The notes under the pieces are model-generated. The model did not search any database. It was not told the DNA's origin and saw only the letters and a program-made list of their open reading frames with translations. Position numbers and translations under genes: made by a program. From the human T2T-CHM13v2.0 reference genome, Homo sapiens: a stretch of DNA of 64,000 nucleotides. Position 1 is the first letter of the stretch. Every line of letters starts with the position of its first letter. Of this stretch, positions 30,105 to 43,575 are shown in pieces. The DNA lies in the NCBI RefSeq assembly GCF_009914755.1, contig NC_060931.1; one strand, written 5' to 3'.

Positions 30105-31973
30105 CTTATTATTTCTGCTGCTGATGCTCCTTCATCCGTGATATTCCAAATTTATTTCTGGTATCCTTCTGATGGAAAAGCTTCTTTTAGTAGGTCTTTT
30201 GGTGCAGGTCTAATGGTAACAACTTGTCTTGGTTTTATTTTATCTGAAAATGTGTTTATTTCTCCTTCACTCCTAAAGAATATTTTCACTGGATATAGAA
30301 TTACAGACTAAAAGTTTATTTATTTAACACTTTAAAAATTTTGTTTCATTAATTCTTTTATAAATTATTTCTGAGGTCACGTTTGTCAACCTTCAAATTA
30401 TTATTCTCCTACAATCAACATGTTACTTATTCTGGCTAATTTGAAATATTTTTTGTCTTTAACTTCCAGTACTTTTATTACAATTGGTGTAAATGCAGAT
30501 TTCTTAAGGTTTATTCTCTTTGAAGTTTGATGAGTTTCTTGAATCTGTAGATTTATTTCTTTCAAAAAATTGAAAAAGTACTCAGTCAATATTTCTTCAA
30601 ATATTTTTCTTGCACTATACTTTTCATTGTCTTCTTCTGAATCTATTTAATATTATTTCACATGCTCCCTAGGCACTGAGCATTTGTTCCTAATATACTT
30701 TATTTCTGCTTGGATAATTTCTATTCATCTACATCAAGTTCACTTTCTCTTTTCTATGTCAATTCCATTATGGCTTAATCTAAGCCTATCCAGTAGGGGT
30801 TTTCAAAATGTATCTTATTATATTTTTCAGTTATGAGATTTCCATTTGATCCTTATTTATATATTCTATTAATTTGCCGAGATTTTCTAGTTTTCCACTC
30901 CTTTCAAGAATGTCCACTTTTATTATTTGTTGGAATGTTTTTAATAGCTATTTTAGAATCTTGTCAGATAGTTCCAACATGTGTGCCATCTCATCATTGA
31001 TATACATTGATTATTATATCATATCTTTGTTGATATTTTCCTTGTTTTTTGTATAATGAATAATTTTTAATGTATCTTGAAAGTTTTGAATATTGTGTTA
31101 TGAGACTTACCTCTTCTTAAAAAATCAGTGGATTTTTAACCTTTTCTTTATAGACAATAACTTTGGCTGGATTTATGGCACAATTTCCAACCAACTATCT
31201 GAATTGTGTTTTCAGTATAATTTTGTTTTCTATTTCCAGTGTGTGCTAGACGCTGGAATTGTCTGGGAACTGGGTGATTATCTGTCTCTTAATTTAATTC
31301 TCAAGGCTTTTGGTTTGCTGTTTAAGACATGTGTGCATACCTTGGGGCCAAGAGGGGGTAATCCCAGGACTTTTAAACTATTTTTATAGATTGGTTTTCT
31401 CAAGTTCCTTTCTCTCTGTGATATCCTTACTACCTTCTAATGTCCGGAAAGTCACCTTTATAATCTTCTATCCAGAATGCTGGGATTTTATACACTGTGT
31501 ACTGCTGTACATTCCTTGTCATTTTGCCTGCATTTACGGCCAATGTCAGGTGGACAGAAATAGAAAAGATTAACAGAACATTACCATAAATACTTAAGAT
31601 TATAGCTTCTCCAATCAGAAGAATGTCCACCTCCCACAGTTCCTGCTGCCTTGTTATGGCTTCTAGGAAACCTCTTTATCTCTCCTCAGGCCTGAACTAG
31701 ACAGCAACTCCTGAAGCATGCTCTACATGTGCCAATGCCCCCTTCCATTGTAGGCTTCCTTGATTCCAGGCCAACAAATCCTGGAGAAAAAAATATATAG
31801 GTGACTTCACTATTGATTTAGTGTTACCTCCAACTGTGGTTTTCCACCCCAGATACTCTGCTATTTACTTTTTGGAGCCCACATATATTTTTTATGTTTA
31901 GGATTTTTAGCTTCATTGAGTCAGAATGACAGGGTTGAGTGTGCTTACTCTATCATACCCAGAACTGGAATAC
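30105..31973 (-). mobile_element. Ancient L1M 5'UTR/ORF1 fragment
   Basis: ORF1-like peptide EINLQIQETHQTSKRINLKK..IVIKVLEVKDK (30401-30589); GAATATTTTCACTGGATATAGAATT. Confidence 0.7.
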
Positions 31974-32671
31974 TGATAGCAGGAGGCAGACAAATCCCTA
32001 GGCAGATAGGGTGAAATCCCACCTATAAGCTGAAGACAAGCCTGAAAGCCAAGCTACAAGTCAAATCCACAGACCAGATTAAGAACCTGTCTTCCCATTT
32101 GGCATGCTTTTCTCTGATTGATTCTCACCCTTCACCTATTTTGCATATACCTACGCTTTACTAATTGTTTTTCTATACTACTGCACCCACCTTTGAGTGG
32201 TGCCTTTGCTTTAGCCTTTCTTTGCATACTCACAAACCAATCTGTATGCACTCCCCTATTCTGAGCCCATAAAAGCCCTGGACTCAGCCACATTGAGAGA
32301 GAAACCAACTGACTGTGGGGTAGGGGACCACTCCCCACATGCCCTCTCCGCTGAGAGCTGTTTCATCACTCAATAAAATTATTCTCCACTCTCCTGACCC
32401 TTCAAATTGTCAGCTTAACCTCATTCTTTTTCAACACAGGACAAGAGCTCAGAAACCACAGAAGGCAGGTAGAAGCTAAGACACAGGTGAGCTGGAGCAT
32501 GCCTGGCCCAGCCATGGGTGAGCCAGTGCACAATCCAGGCTTGACACAGGCAGGCCAAGTGGGTGGGTGCCTCCAGCAGAGGCCTGAGGCTGAGTGAGGC
32601 CCAGGCAAAGTGGCCATTGCTGGCTGTGAAGGCCCCTGGTCAGCAAAGTGGCTGAGAAAAATCTTGCATCA
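31974..32671 (+). mobile_element. Solo ERV1 LTR (LTR27/LTR1/MER52-group-like)
   Basis: TGAT..ATCA termini; 4-bp TSD ATAC (31970-31973, 32672-32675); internal CCAAT, CATAAAA and AATAAA in promoter/polyA order. Confidence 0.85.
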
Positions 32672-33120
32672 ATACTTCTGATAATATTTGAGGCATACTT
32701 ATAAATTATAATTTCTTGATAATTGGCTAATCTGAGTCAGAAATACAGTTTTTGCTTATCACATTGGATATACTTACTTAACACTTTGAATACTCCTCAT
32801 GAATAGATTATTTCAAGGTCAGGGCCAGGAAAAATAATGGCACTGTAATGTTTTGTATTATCATCCTTTTGGAGAGGAGTAGTGACTTATAATTTTGCTT
32901 TGGTATTTTTACATGTCCATCTCAAGGAAACATCCTCCCACTTCACACTTTCACATTTTTGATCATTCATGAAAATAATGAGAAGTGTTTTGTTCAGATA
33001 TGATTTACATATATAAACAAAATTTAAAGTAGAATAAAATTTGAGAAACACTGTCTTAGACATATCTTTCAAGTACTTGTTATCATTATCTTTTAAAGTA
33101 ATTTTTAAGTATTAAAATAG

Positions 33121-33310
<190 letters not shown>

Positions 33311-35134
33311 TTCATAGCAAATGCTTTTTTATTTAGGTTCTCAAGATCTGCTGGCAATATTTAATTTAAAATAGTTTTTAAAATTTAGTTATCACTTGTA
33401 AAGTATGGGAAGTAATTATAAGTAACAGACAGTAATTTCTGCTATCTGATTAAAACAAAAAATCATCTAACCTTTACATGATCATGGAATCGAAAAAGTA
33501 CCTGCCATTAGAGTCAATCTTTACCTCAAGACAATGCTATATAGATAATGTAGTGCCAAATGCAGATTTAACAGAAAGTCCATTGTACAATAACACAGAG
33601 CATGTTAATACATGACTTGAATCTAAATCATGTTTAGAAATTTGTCATTTAATATACAACATATGTATGAAAAAGAAGATTCCATAAGACATCTGATTTG
33701 GAGTAGCAGCGAGTCATTTCAGAGTCATCATTAGATATAAAAATATATATCTATACCACTACATTCTTATAGTATATAACTTAAAGAAATGAAACTCAAC
33801 ATTTTAATGTAGATTTAAGTTCAAGATTGGGAATAATACATTAGAGTGCATTTAAAAAGTACAAATGAAAATGAGACCAAACTGAATTAGCTTAGTCCCA
33901 AAGTTGATATTTTCACATGATTTTGGGGTTTGTCAATGTCAATAACTGTAAATTATCCAAAGATCCAAAGATATAAAAAGATCAAACACACACATTCCAT
34001 ACCTTCTACAATGCCAAAATAAAATCCCAAAATACCATCTGAGCTCAAAATAAGAAAATTCACTTTGATATTTAAAATACAATCTCTTTTTGATAGACCT
34101 TATAAAATAAAGTTTGTATATTAAATGATAAAGGTGACTTACTTTAATTAGGGGTATTATTTTAGAGTGTTTTGGCAAGCTGCCTGCTTTGTGTATGTGT
34201 GTGTGTGTGTGCATGCTGAAGCTGATGAGATCAGCAAAAGAAAGTAAAATCTTTTCATGATACAAATCCAGTGGTCCATATAAGGTCACTTTTTATGGGA
34301 TCCAGGGTACATCCCAAGCCAATGGTCAATTAGCACTAATATGGAAACTGGCTTCTATCATTGCTGCAACTCAGTACTTACAGTGTGCAATAACAACCTA
34401 GAACAGACTTGGTGACCTACACAAGGCCAAATGCCAAACCTAAATTATGATAGTTTTGCAAGCGAGACATCTCATGTTACCGCAAACCTTTTATGGATGA
34501 TTTCTGCAGTGTTTTTAATTATGACTAAGTAGAATCACATCATTTCTTATACTTGTATTGTCGTCTCTGAACATCAATTTGATATTCATATGGTATGTAT
34601 ATTTCTGATTGTTTGTAACTATCCAGTTCTTCCTCAGTAGGATAATCTAGGTTTTGGTTTTACTTATAGGTTTTTAGCATGCTTTCTGAATTATAAGCAA
34701 TACAGTAGACACAGCATTCTGGATTTTGGTTTCTCCTTAAAAGGCAAGTCTATTCTTTCACAATGTGTTACCTATGCATGCATTTGATACAGAAAGTTCT
34801 CTGAGAGTCAGAATCTACTTTAGAATAAACATGTACTTTAAGGATAGATGTGGTTACATTTAAATTAAATCTGATGCTTGAAAAGATAATCTATATTTAG
34901 AAATATTTGGTCAATGACTTGCCGCATTGTAAAGTTGGTGCATGTATGTTTGTATATGTGCTTAGTAAATTACAAATGTATCTAGAATATAGAGCAATAC
35001 TTATGGCTCTAATTCTATTCCCAGAAGTTGTGTTTGTATTCTCAATTAATTTTGAGGTTTTTAATTTAAAATAGAAGAAGAAATTTTATTAATGAAATAT
35101 CTACTCAGAGAGTCTAAATTATTTATAGAAAAAA

Positions 35135-35136
<2 letters not shown>

Positions 35137-35174
<38 letters not shown>
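35137..35174. repeat. (TA)n microsatellite
   Basis: Directly visible. Confidence 0.95.
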
Positions 35175-35177
<3 letters not shown>

Positions 35178-35834
35178 CTTTCCTGCTAAGGTGAGCAAAA
35201 TTTCTAATGACAATCAAGTATATATACTTTGTAAATAGCAATATAATTATTGTTGCTTATTTTAAGGCTGAGTCTTGCATCTGTTTTTAAATAGTAATTC
35301 TTGTTGTTATTAATAGCTAACATTTTATGTTATGAATTAAGTCTGGGTTGTTTCCCCCCATTAGACTGCTTCATCTTTTACTTACATAATCTTCTTATAA
35401 TAGTCCTGCACCCCTATAATTATTTATCCTTTTTATCCGTCCAGTGGCTTGCTCTCATACACTACTGAACTGATTCTTCATATGAGCACAGAGACAAGTA
35501 TCTATAAAAGTAGTTCCTTCCATCGATATTCAAAAATCTCAGTGTGCCAACCTTAAAGCTAATGTAACTACAGAAAAATTACCGTCCAAACATTAAACTT
35601 CTAGGTCATCAGAAACATGTTGTACAGAATTCTATCCAGACTGATTTGCTTCCAAATGTTTAGCTAAAATGGGGGATAAAATAACTCATATTTTCCTCAA
35701 TTGAGTATTTAAAAAATTGAATGTTTGGCAAAACAGTATATTACATCATACTTAGTGATAAACTTAGTAACAAGACATACACACACACATATATAGATAG
35801 ATATAGATAGCTATCTATTTATATATATATGTAG

Positions 35835-36108
35835 ATAGATCTGTACGTATAACATACCACTACACAGGTTTATTTCATAGCTACAATTATTGTGGGATAG
35901 CATGGCTTTCCACTTCAGTATGTACTAAATTTTTATATGTAAATATATATACTATCATATACATAACATTTTATAATATAGCATTTATAATATGATATTA
36001 TATATATAAAATATTTAGTACATACTGAAGTGGAAAGCCATGCTATTCCATAATAATTGTAACCATGAAATAAACCTGTGTGGTGGTATATTATACATGC
36101 AGATCTAT
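35835..36108. repeat. Long inverted repeat 1: 96-bp arms, 82-bp AT-rich spacer
   Basis: 35835-35930 versus the reverse complement of 36013-36108: 88/96 identical, no gaps. Confidence 0.95.
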
Positions 36109-36316
36109 GTATATTAAAAAATTGGATTTGATGTGATGCTCAATATTGAGAGAAAGCAACTTCTGCTATGATTTTTATAAGCATTTTTGAAAATAAATTT
36201 TAATATTAGGAATAATTTTACATATGTTGTCATGGAGATTCCTGCTTTCTTTAAGCATCAGTCTGGTGTGTAAAAAACACAGCAATACCATAGTAAATTC
36301 TCTAAAGCCTAAGATT

Positions 36317-36585
36317 TAAAGCAATGCAAAGGCAATCCATACATCAATTACACTTTCATGCAACAAGTAAAGGAGTTAGGAACATGAGAAGTGTGTCAAT
36401 TATTATTTTTTTAATTTCTAAATAATCTATCTTCATTTTACAATAACAATCATATGAGTTTTCAATATAGATTATTTAGAAACAACAACACATGAACAAT
36501 AATTGACACACATCTCATACCCCTATCTCCTTTACTTATTGCCTGAAAGTATAATCGATGCATGGACTACCTTTGCATTGCTTTA
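36317..36585. repeat. Long inverted repeat 2: 88-bp outer stem plus 16-bp inner stem, 36-nt loop
   Basis: 36317-36404 versus the reverse complement of 36498-36585: 76/88, no gaps; 36415-36430 pairs perfectly with 36467-36482. Confidence 0.95.
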
Positions 36586-38169
36586 GAATTTCTCAAAGCA
36601 TTATTGATATTCCGGCTCACATTGTAGATGTCCTTTCTGAGGACCTGAATTTGAAAATTATGTGAATTTATTCATAACTATAATTGTTCATATATTTAAT
36701 TTATTACATAAGCAAATGAGATTTTATGACAAAACTTTTTGTTAATATTGTATTGATGGCATACATCATCAGTATCTTCAAGTATTATCTTCACAGTAAC
36801 AAAAAGTCACACTGAGAGAAATGTCTTACATACCAACTGTTACAAAATAGTCATTGATAACTTAGATTATTGATATAAACTGAGCAATCTGGAAGCAGCT
36901 TATAAAATAACTTTATACAAATCTATAACTATGTTAATTATACTGTCAATATAACACATATTTAGTTTTCTTTAACTAGCAAGAGATCTTTGCTTTTGTG
37001 ACTTAGAATAGATCAGTTTTACAAAGGATATGTTTCTTAACTTAGTACAAATCAAGTATTGTTTAAGTTTTGACTTAAATGACCACAGATTACATTTTGT
37101 GTTCTCCAAAGTACATAACAAAATTCAAATACAAAAAAACACACTAAGATAGAGTAAGATGTTCTTACATCAGCCTCCAACTCCCCTTCATTTCTGTGTA
37201 TGACACATTTTCTCCTCCATGCCAGATGTGCCGAGAATTATCACTCTTTGTCCCAAGGGCCTTTTTAATATTTTCATGTGGTCCTCAAGTTTTGCTAAAG
37301 CAATTGCTAAAAGTGTTTGTGTATATATACACTTATCCAAGAATTGGAAAGTCACAATAACACAAAGGAAAGCCTCTATATTCAAATTTTAAAGAGGCTT
37401 TAATTTGTTTCAGTATGACTTGTCAATTCCTGGATGCCTATTTCATTTATTCACTAGAGAAGTATGCAAGCTGAGTTTGGAAGACTCAGCCTGTCTGTTA
37501 TTTGACTGTTTTGCAATAATCTGTATTCTTAACCACACTGCAGTTACGGAGAGAAAAAAAACTTCTATTCTCTTTGGTGTGAATAGTTACTTTTGAATGG
37601 GGTCAAACTGAATTTCTATTCCCCAGGAAACAGATACAGGGACACGATTAATGTGACATCATTAAGTAATACAACTACTCCACTTTTTCTATTTTCTGCC
37701 CATTAATCAGTTAACAAAAGTTAACTTGCAAAAGTTAGAATGTAAGCTGAGTTTCCCACAAGGGTATATTTCAGATATGTTTGTTGTGGTTTAGACTATG
37801 AAACCCTGGGTATCATACCCCCTCCTGCCATAGCTTAAGGGATACAAGCATGCAGTATAAAGTTACACTCGATTACCACTCTAATTTATAACATTGACTA
37901 AAAAATACTTTTCTATTCTGAAGAAAAGGTTGAGGAAAAAGGTGGAGTCAATGAAACATACTCTACATCATTAAAGCTGCTGATGTGACTGAGAGATTGA
38001 GATCTACTATGGAAATAGGGGTTGGGAGAATCTGAGATTGCTGATAGGAAGAAAATGTTAAAGGCATCTCAGTGTCACTTCAGTCCAAGACATGAACCTT
38101 GAAATATGTTCTGTTCTTTATATGTTATCTTTGATTCTCAAGGTGGCATAGCTACATCAGTAATTTATA

Positions 38170-38380
38170 AACTCTAAAATCAGACTGCTTACTAACTCTT
38201 TGAATGTAGGTATTGTATACAAATGTCTCTGTGTTGGTTTCATCATGTGTAAAACTGGCATGAAAATAATAGTACCTAATTTATAATATTACTTGGGGGA
38301 TTAAATTAGATAAAATGTGTAAAACGTGAAATAGTGTTAGAAAATGAAGAATCACTATGTAACATTGTTATTGCTATCAT
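38170..38380 (+). mobile_element. MIR SINE
   Basis: Core-like TCTCTGTGTTGGTTTCATCATGTGTAAAACTGG..ATAATAGTACCT..GATTAAATTAGATAAAATGTGTAAA. Confidence 0.7.
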
Positions 38381-41300
38381 TTCATATTTTTAGAACCTTG
38401 TCTTCTGTCTTGTCTAATAGACATTTTGTCCTGCTGATTACCTATCGGAAAAAAAAAAAAAAACACAAGGAGATAAAGCACACAAAGCCTTGGGAAAACA
38501 TTTGATTGACTTGGGAATATTTTGAAATGTATGTTGTAATCTTGATATGTGTCAGATGGGATAACATGTTGTGACTCTTTTTACAATAGTCATAAACTTG
38601 AAAATGCCTGTTGTTATTAAGTAATTTGATTTATAAATTTCCATTTTGATTCACCAGTAAAATTTTACTCCTGCTACTACTACTAATGATAATGATAGAA
38701 TCATTACAATACAGTGATCAGTGGTTTTTTCTTCACAAAAAATACAATTTGTTTACAATTTTATTATTAAAAATCTCAAACAATACACAGTATAGTCTAA
38801 ATTCTAAATGTACAAATGATGATATTCTCTAGATATGATATCAGCTGTTTTAATGTTAAACATGCAGATCTGAGAAAGAAAAGCTATTTACAATTTATTC
38901 ATATATTATAAAGCCAAATGCAAGAAATAGCCTTTACACATTGATGTATCAGGCAGATGAGCCAGGACTCATGTATCCCTAGATCAACCATTGATTACGT
39001 TCCCTGACATGTTCCTGGCTCCAGAAGGCTTCGCCAGACAACGCCACGCTTTCCCAATACCTTGGCGTATCTGTAAAAGGGTAATACACTGGAATGGAGA
39101 ACTGGGATGAGGCAGTGTTATTTACTTCTTTTTTTTTTTCATAACGTAGCCAGTAAGTTTAGATGGATTTCACAGAGCTGCAGGACTAACTGAATCCACA
39201 AGAACAAAAAAATCAAATGGACTCTTTCTTAGGAAAAAATAAAGAAAATCAGCAATACCTCAGAAAACTCTGAGTGAATAAACTGCCAACTTTTCTGCTA
39301 AAATACAACTAATGTCAACACTTTGTAATTTCTAGTTACTTTGCAAGCCAAAATCACTTTTCCTTAAATTAAAGACAATAAATGTGATTGTGTGCCAATA
39401 ATTCTAGTTTCTATATGGTAGTTATACGTTTTGCCTTTGCATCGTATATGAAATGAGGCCATGTAGACAGCACATATATGCAACATTGTACATCAATTAC
39501 TGAAGACTTTGCAGAAATATTGAAGTGTCATATCCCCTTTCCAGCAAGCCAGTGGGCTCTCTCACAAGTGAAGTCTTTATCAGGCAGCAGAACACTTGGC
39601 ACAAAAATTGTTTGATTATAACAGGCTGTATCCAGAGCTAAAATATAAATAATTCTGAAATTGGCTGCTAATTAAGGGAGTACAGCCGAATGAGGTTACC
39701 AGATACATTCTCTCTCAATGGAATTCTATTTTTCAAACACATAAAATCTAATTTACCTTTTCCCTATATTATTTACTAATCTTACAAGAAGACACGAAGT
39801 AAATAATTATTTATAAAAGACTTTACGAAAATAACTTATTAAATATAAAGCACTGATTATTATCCAGCCCGCCCACAATATTATTTTCATCATAAAAAAT
39901 GGGATACAAAGACATGAGTAGAATTCAACTTCTTTTCATCTAGCATTGTTTCTTTGTTGCATCAGAAAAACTGCCACTTTCAGGACTAAATTTCAAATGA
40001 TTCATAATTGTATCTCCAAGTAAACATGGGGATTGTATTATGCTGATGAATATTTTCTCTTTATTGGTGGCATTAACTTAAGAGGGTGCATCCTGTACAG
40101 ACCTGACCCTCACATTCTGAGGCTGGTATTTCTTTAAAAATCCTAATGCAAGCTGACTTCACCTCTATGCTTGATCTATGATTTTAGTTATTGCATCTAC
40201 AATAATAGCTTTTACACTTTTTAAAGGAAAGACAGATAAATATACACAAAAGTTGTTTCCAATACATAAAAGAGAGAAAAGAGGAACCTATCTAATTGAA
40301 GAGTTAGATATTGAAGAAACAACCCCACCCTCTTTGCTCTACTTCTATCCTATCCAAATTCTTCAGAGGCTAAAATCTACTAACTTAGAGAATTACCTTC
40401 TTTTCTTACTACAATCTAAATGGACATAATCACAAGACTTTTCCCCGCATTCACTGTCTAGAATATAAGAGCCTTTGACTGTTCTGACAGAATAGTTAAT
40501 AAACTGCCATTCATTTTACCTACCTTAAATGCTTGCTCCTGATGTTTTACCTAAAATACATAACTTAAAAATTTCCTAAGTGGCCTGATTCTGAAAGACA
40601 CTGGAACTCACAGTGAAACATAACTTATACACTAACCAAACAGATTCTGTGAATTACACATAAGAAAACCTTGACTATTGTGTAGGCAGGAAAGAAAGCA
40701 AACAAATTCTGCTTTTACTCATTTGCACATTGCATTACCATAATTTTTCCCTTCCAAATAATATGCAGATGGAACATTAGGCAACATGCTGCTGTAAATC
40801 ACTGTTAGTGCTGTGGTAGTGGCAGGAGAAAACAGTTAAGGGATTCATTTTTATTCCAAGAAAATCATACTTTTCAAATCCATCTGAATCACAGCCAACG
40901 GATTACTTCTTATCTGGCTATAATAAATGTTCTTTCCATCAGCCTTGTATGTAAAAAAAAAAAAACCCACCTCATTGTACTAAAAAGTACAATGCACTTC
41001 AAGGTCAGCTACAGTTGCCCAGCTTTCAAATAGGCACCACAGCTTGTGTTTTTATAGAGAACAGGTGAACCACAGACTGGGATGTGGTTCCTGCTTTTAA
41101 ACTTCCTGTATGTGTAGTCTTTAAGTGAGTCTGAGCATTTTGAGTTGCAAGTCTTTACAGCCCTTCTGATTGCCCACTTATTTACTGGATTTGTGAAAAA
41201 TTTGTGAGAAAGTCAAGAAGTCATTCTGTTCTCTAGGATGAGGAAAAGATTGTTACAGTAAATGACAGAGGCAGTGTTATAATTTATGACACCTCTATCT

Positions 41301-41764
41301 CACCAAAGGAAGTCTTCCTGAGAGCCCAGTAAATCATTTGTGGCACAATGATGGGTGAGAAAGGGAAAAATGAAATAAGTTAAATCACCTGAGCCTCAGT
41401 TCACATCCTGCCATGTAGGTCCAGGTGATAGGGCCCAGCAGGCCTAGAATTATGAAGTTCACAAATACGTATTTTCGTTCAGCCTACGCCTAAAAAGCTG
41501 TAAGAATCATTTTTACATACTATGTGACTATATTGTATAGGTACATATCTGCATTTATTTCTAGCTTTAAATCATTTCCATTCTCTAAATGCACACGTTT
41601 TTCAGTATTATGAAGATGAGGAATCTTAGAACTTCTAAAAGTGCTTTCTAAGGAATGAATCAGATTAAAACAACAATTAGCAAGAAAAGATAAAAGCAGA
41701 AGAAGGATGAATGAAATTTACATTTCAATGATGTAGTGATGTCAGATCAAGAGTTAAAAACAAT

Positions 41765-43050
41765 GTATATATGTATCAAAATATCACATTGCACTGTATA
41801 ATACATACATATAGTTATTAATCAAACATAAAACAAAAAATAAAAATAAAAATATGAAAATAAACTAGATATAAAAATGATGGTGCTATTTCAGTGAAAA
41901 AAGCCTATTAAGCAAAGGTTTGGTTGTCAGTTTCACATGACAAAAATGTAAAACTGGAGTAAATTTTCTGAGTGAGTTACATAAATGAAATTATGAGCTT
42001 TGGTACTTCCAACTAGATGATTACTACTTGAAAAACGCAACTGTTTGGTTTGTCCCACTCATGGAGAAGTTGCAAAGATATAATATATTGAGAGAACATT
42101 AGGAGAAAAGTTGTATACCCTACTTTATTATTATTATTATTATTATTATTTTACTGAAAAGTAAAATTTCAGATAGACCAAAGATTTAAACATAAACTAT
42201 AAAATACTGGAAAGACACAAGGATTCTATTGTATTTTTTGTAATACTTAGAGGAGTAAATGTGTCTCTAGAGACTCAGAAGCTACTGAATAAAAAGTAGA
42301 CAATAAAAAGTAGACTACCAAATATAAAGTCGACTTTATTATTTTTAAATATGTGGATAAATTAAAGCAATAGTACTTCATCTTCACAATGTTTAAAGAA
42401 AATTAGGATTGTTATTTGAAACAAATAATATACACAAAACGTTTATTATATAACCCAAAACTCATAAATATAAAAACAAAAATAGCCATTCTAAATAAAT
42501 AGGGTAGGGGTGTGTTTGTTCAAGGATTATACCATGTACTTCACAGGGAAAAGGATGAATGGCCAAAATATTATCAAAAGATGCTCTATTTGTTTGACTT
42601 GACTTACCATTAAATACATTCATATTATATTAATAAAATATTAATTTTATGTATGTATATAATTATATGCATGTACATATATATGTATATATACACATAT
42701 ACACACAAGCTGTTTTAAGGAAAAAAATACTCTCATATTCTGTGGATGATATTTAAACGTAATTGGAGTGAATTTTGTCAATAACTATCAAAATTTAAAA
42801 CACACATTCCCTTGGATCCAAAAATTCTACCTTGGGGAGTTTATTCTATGATTGATTATACTTCCATGGAAATCATATAGAGCAATTTTGAATGCAACAT
42901 TCTCTAAAGTAGAAAAATATTTACATAAACATGCATCAATAAATATGCATATGGAAATAGGCCCATGATTATTTGTTAAATTGTTACATAGAAAAAAATT
43001 TAACACAATGTTTGATTGATAATGTGTTAAAAATACAATTATCTGTTCAT
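41765..43050 (+). mobile_element. Ancient L1M fragments (short L1MA tail followed by L1ME-like ORF2 3' region)
   Basis: TCAAAATATCACATTG..A-tail; TTTCAGATAGACCAAAGATTTAAACATAAACTATAAAATACTGGAA; CCCTTGGATCCAAAAATTCTACCTTGGGG. Highly diverged. Confidence 0.55.
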
Positions 43051-43394
43051 AAAACACATTTTGCACGAATCCACAATAGACTGTTAAAGTTCTTTCTGAA
43101 GTTTGTGGTGCTTTGGACCTCTTACTTTTTAATTTACAATCTTCCCATATGGTTTGGAATCTTTGTATAAGAATACATGATGTTTATAATGAAAATAACT
43201 GTGGTTTTTATGAATTTCAAAAATTGAGTTTTGTACACTAAATGTGCTTAATTACTCTATTGTTTTTAAAACTGAGTTGTATAAAAATTACATCTTGATA
43301 AAAAATAGAAAATTGCTTACACTAAGCTCATGATTTTTGATGGAGTAGAGTTTACAAAATTGGAAAAGTAGTAAATTAAGAATGAGAAATGAAG

Positions 43395-43575
43395 TTTTCT
43401 GGCTTCAATTCTTGTTTTAAATCCATGCTTCATTATTTACCACTTATGTGTCAACTATGTCAGTATGCTCCCAAAAGCTTGATTTTTTACCTTTTAAAAT
43501 TTAGTAAGATAATTGTCCTCTATGTTGTAATTTTATATGATTAAATAGAGGAAAGCATGAAAAAGTGCTTTGTAA
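43395..43575 (+). mobile_element. MIR SINE
   Basis: TTTACCACTTATGTG..ATGATTAAATAGAG..CATGAAAAAGTGCTTTGTAA. Confidence 0.55.

Noticed and set aside
34370-34445. Possible further minus-strand exon ending in GTAAGT
   Set aside because: Weak donor context and poor polypyrimidine tract; not distinguishable from background.
37600-41100. Homeobox/CRE-like motifs suggesting conserved enhancers
   Set aside because: Short motifs are frequent in AT-rich DNA and cannot be supported without conservation data.
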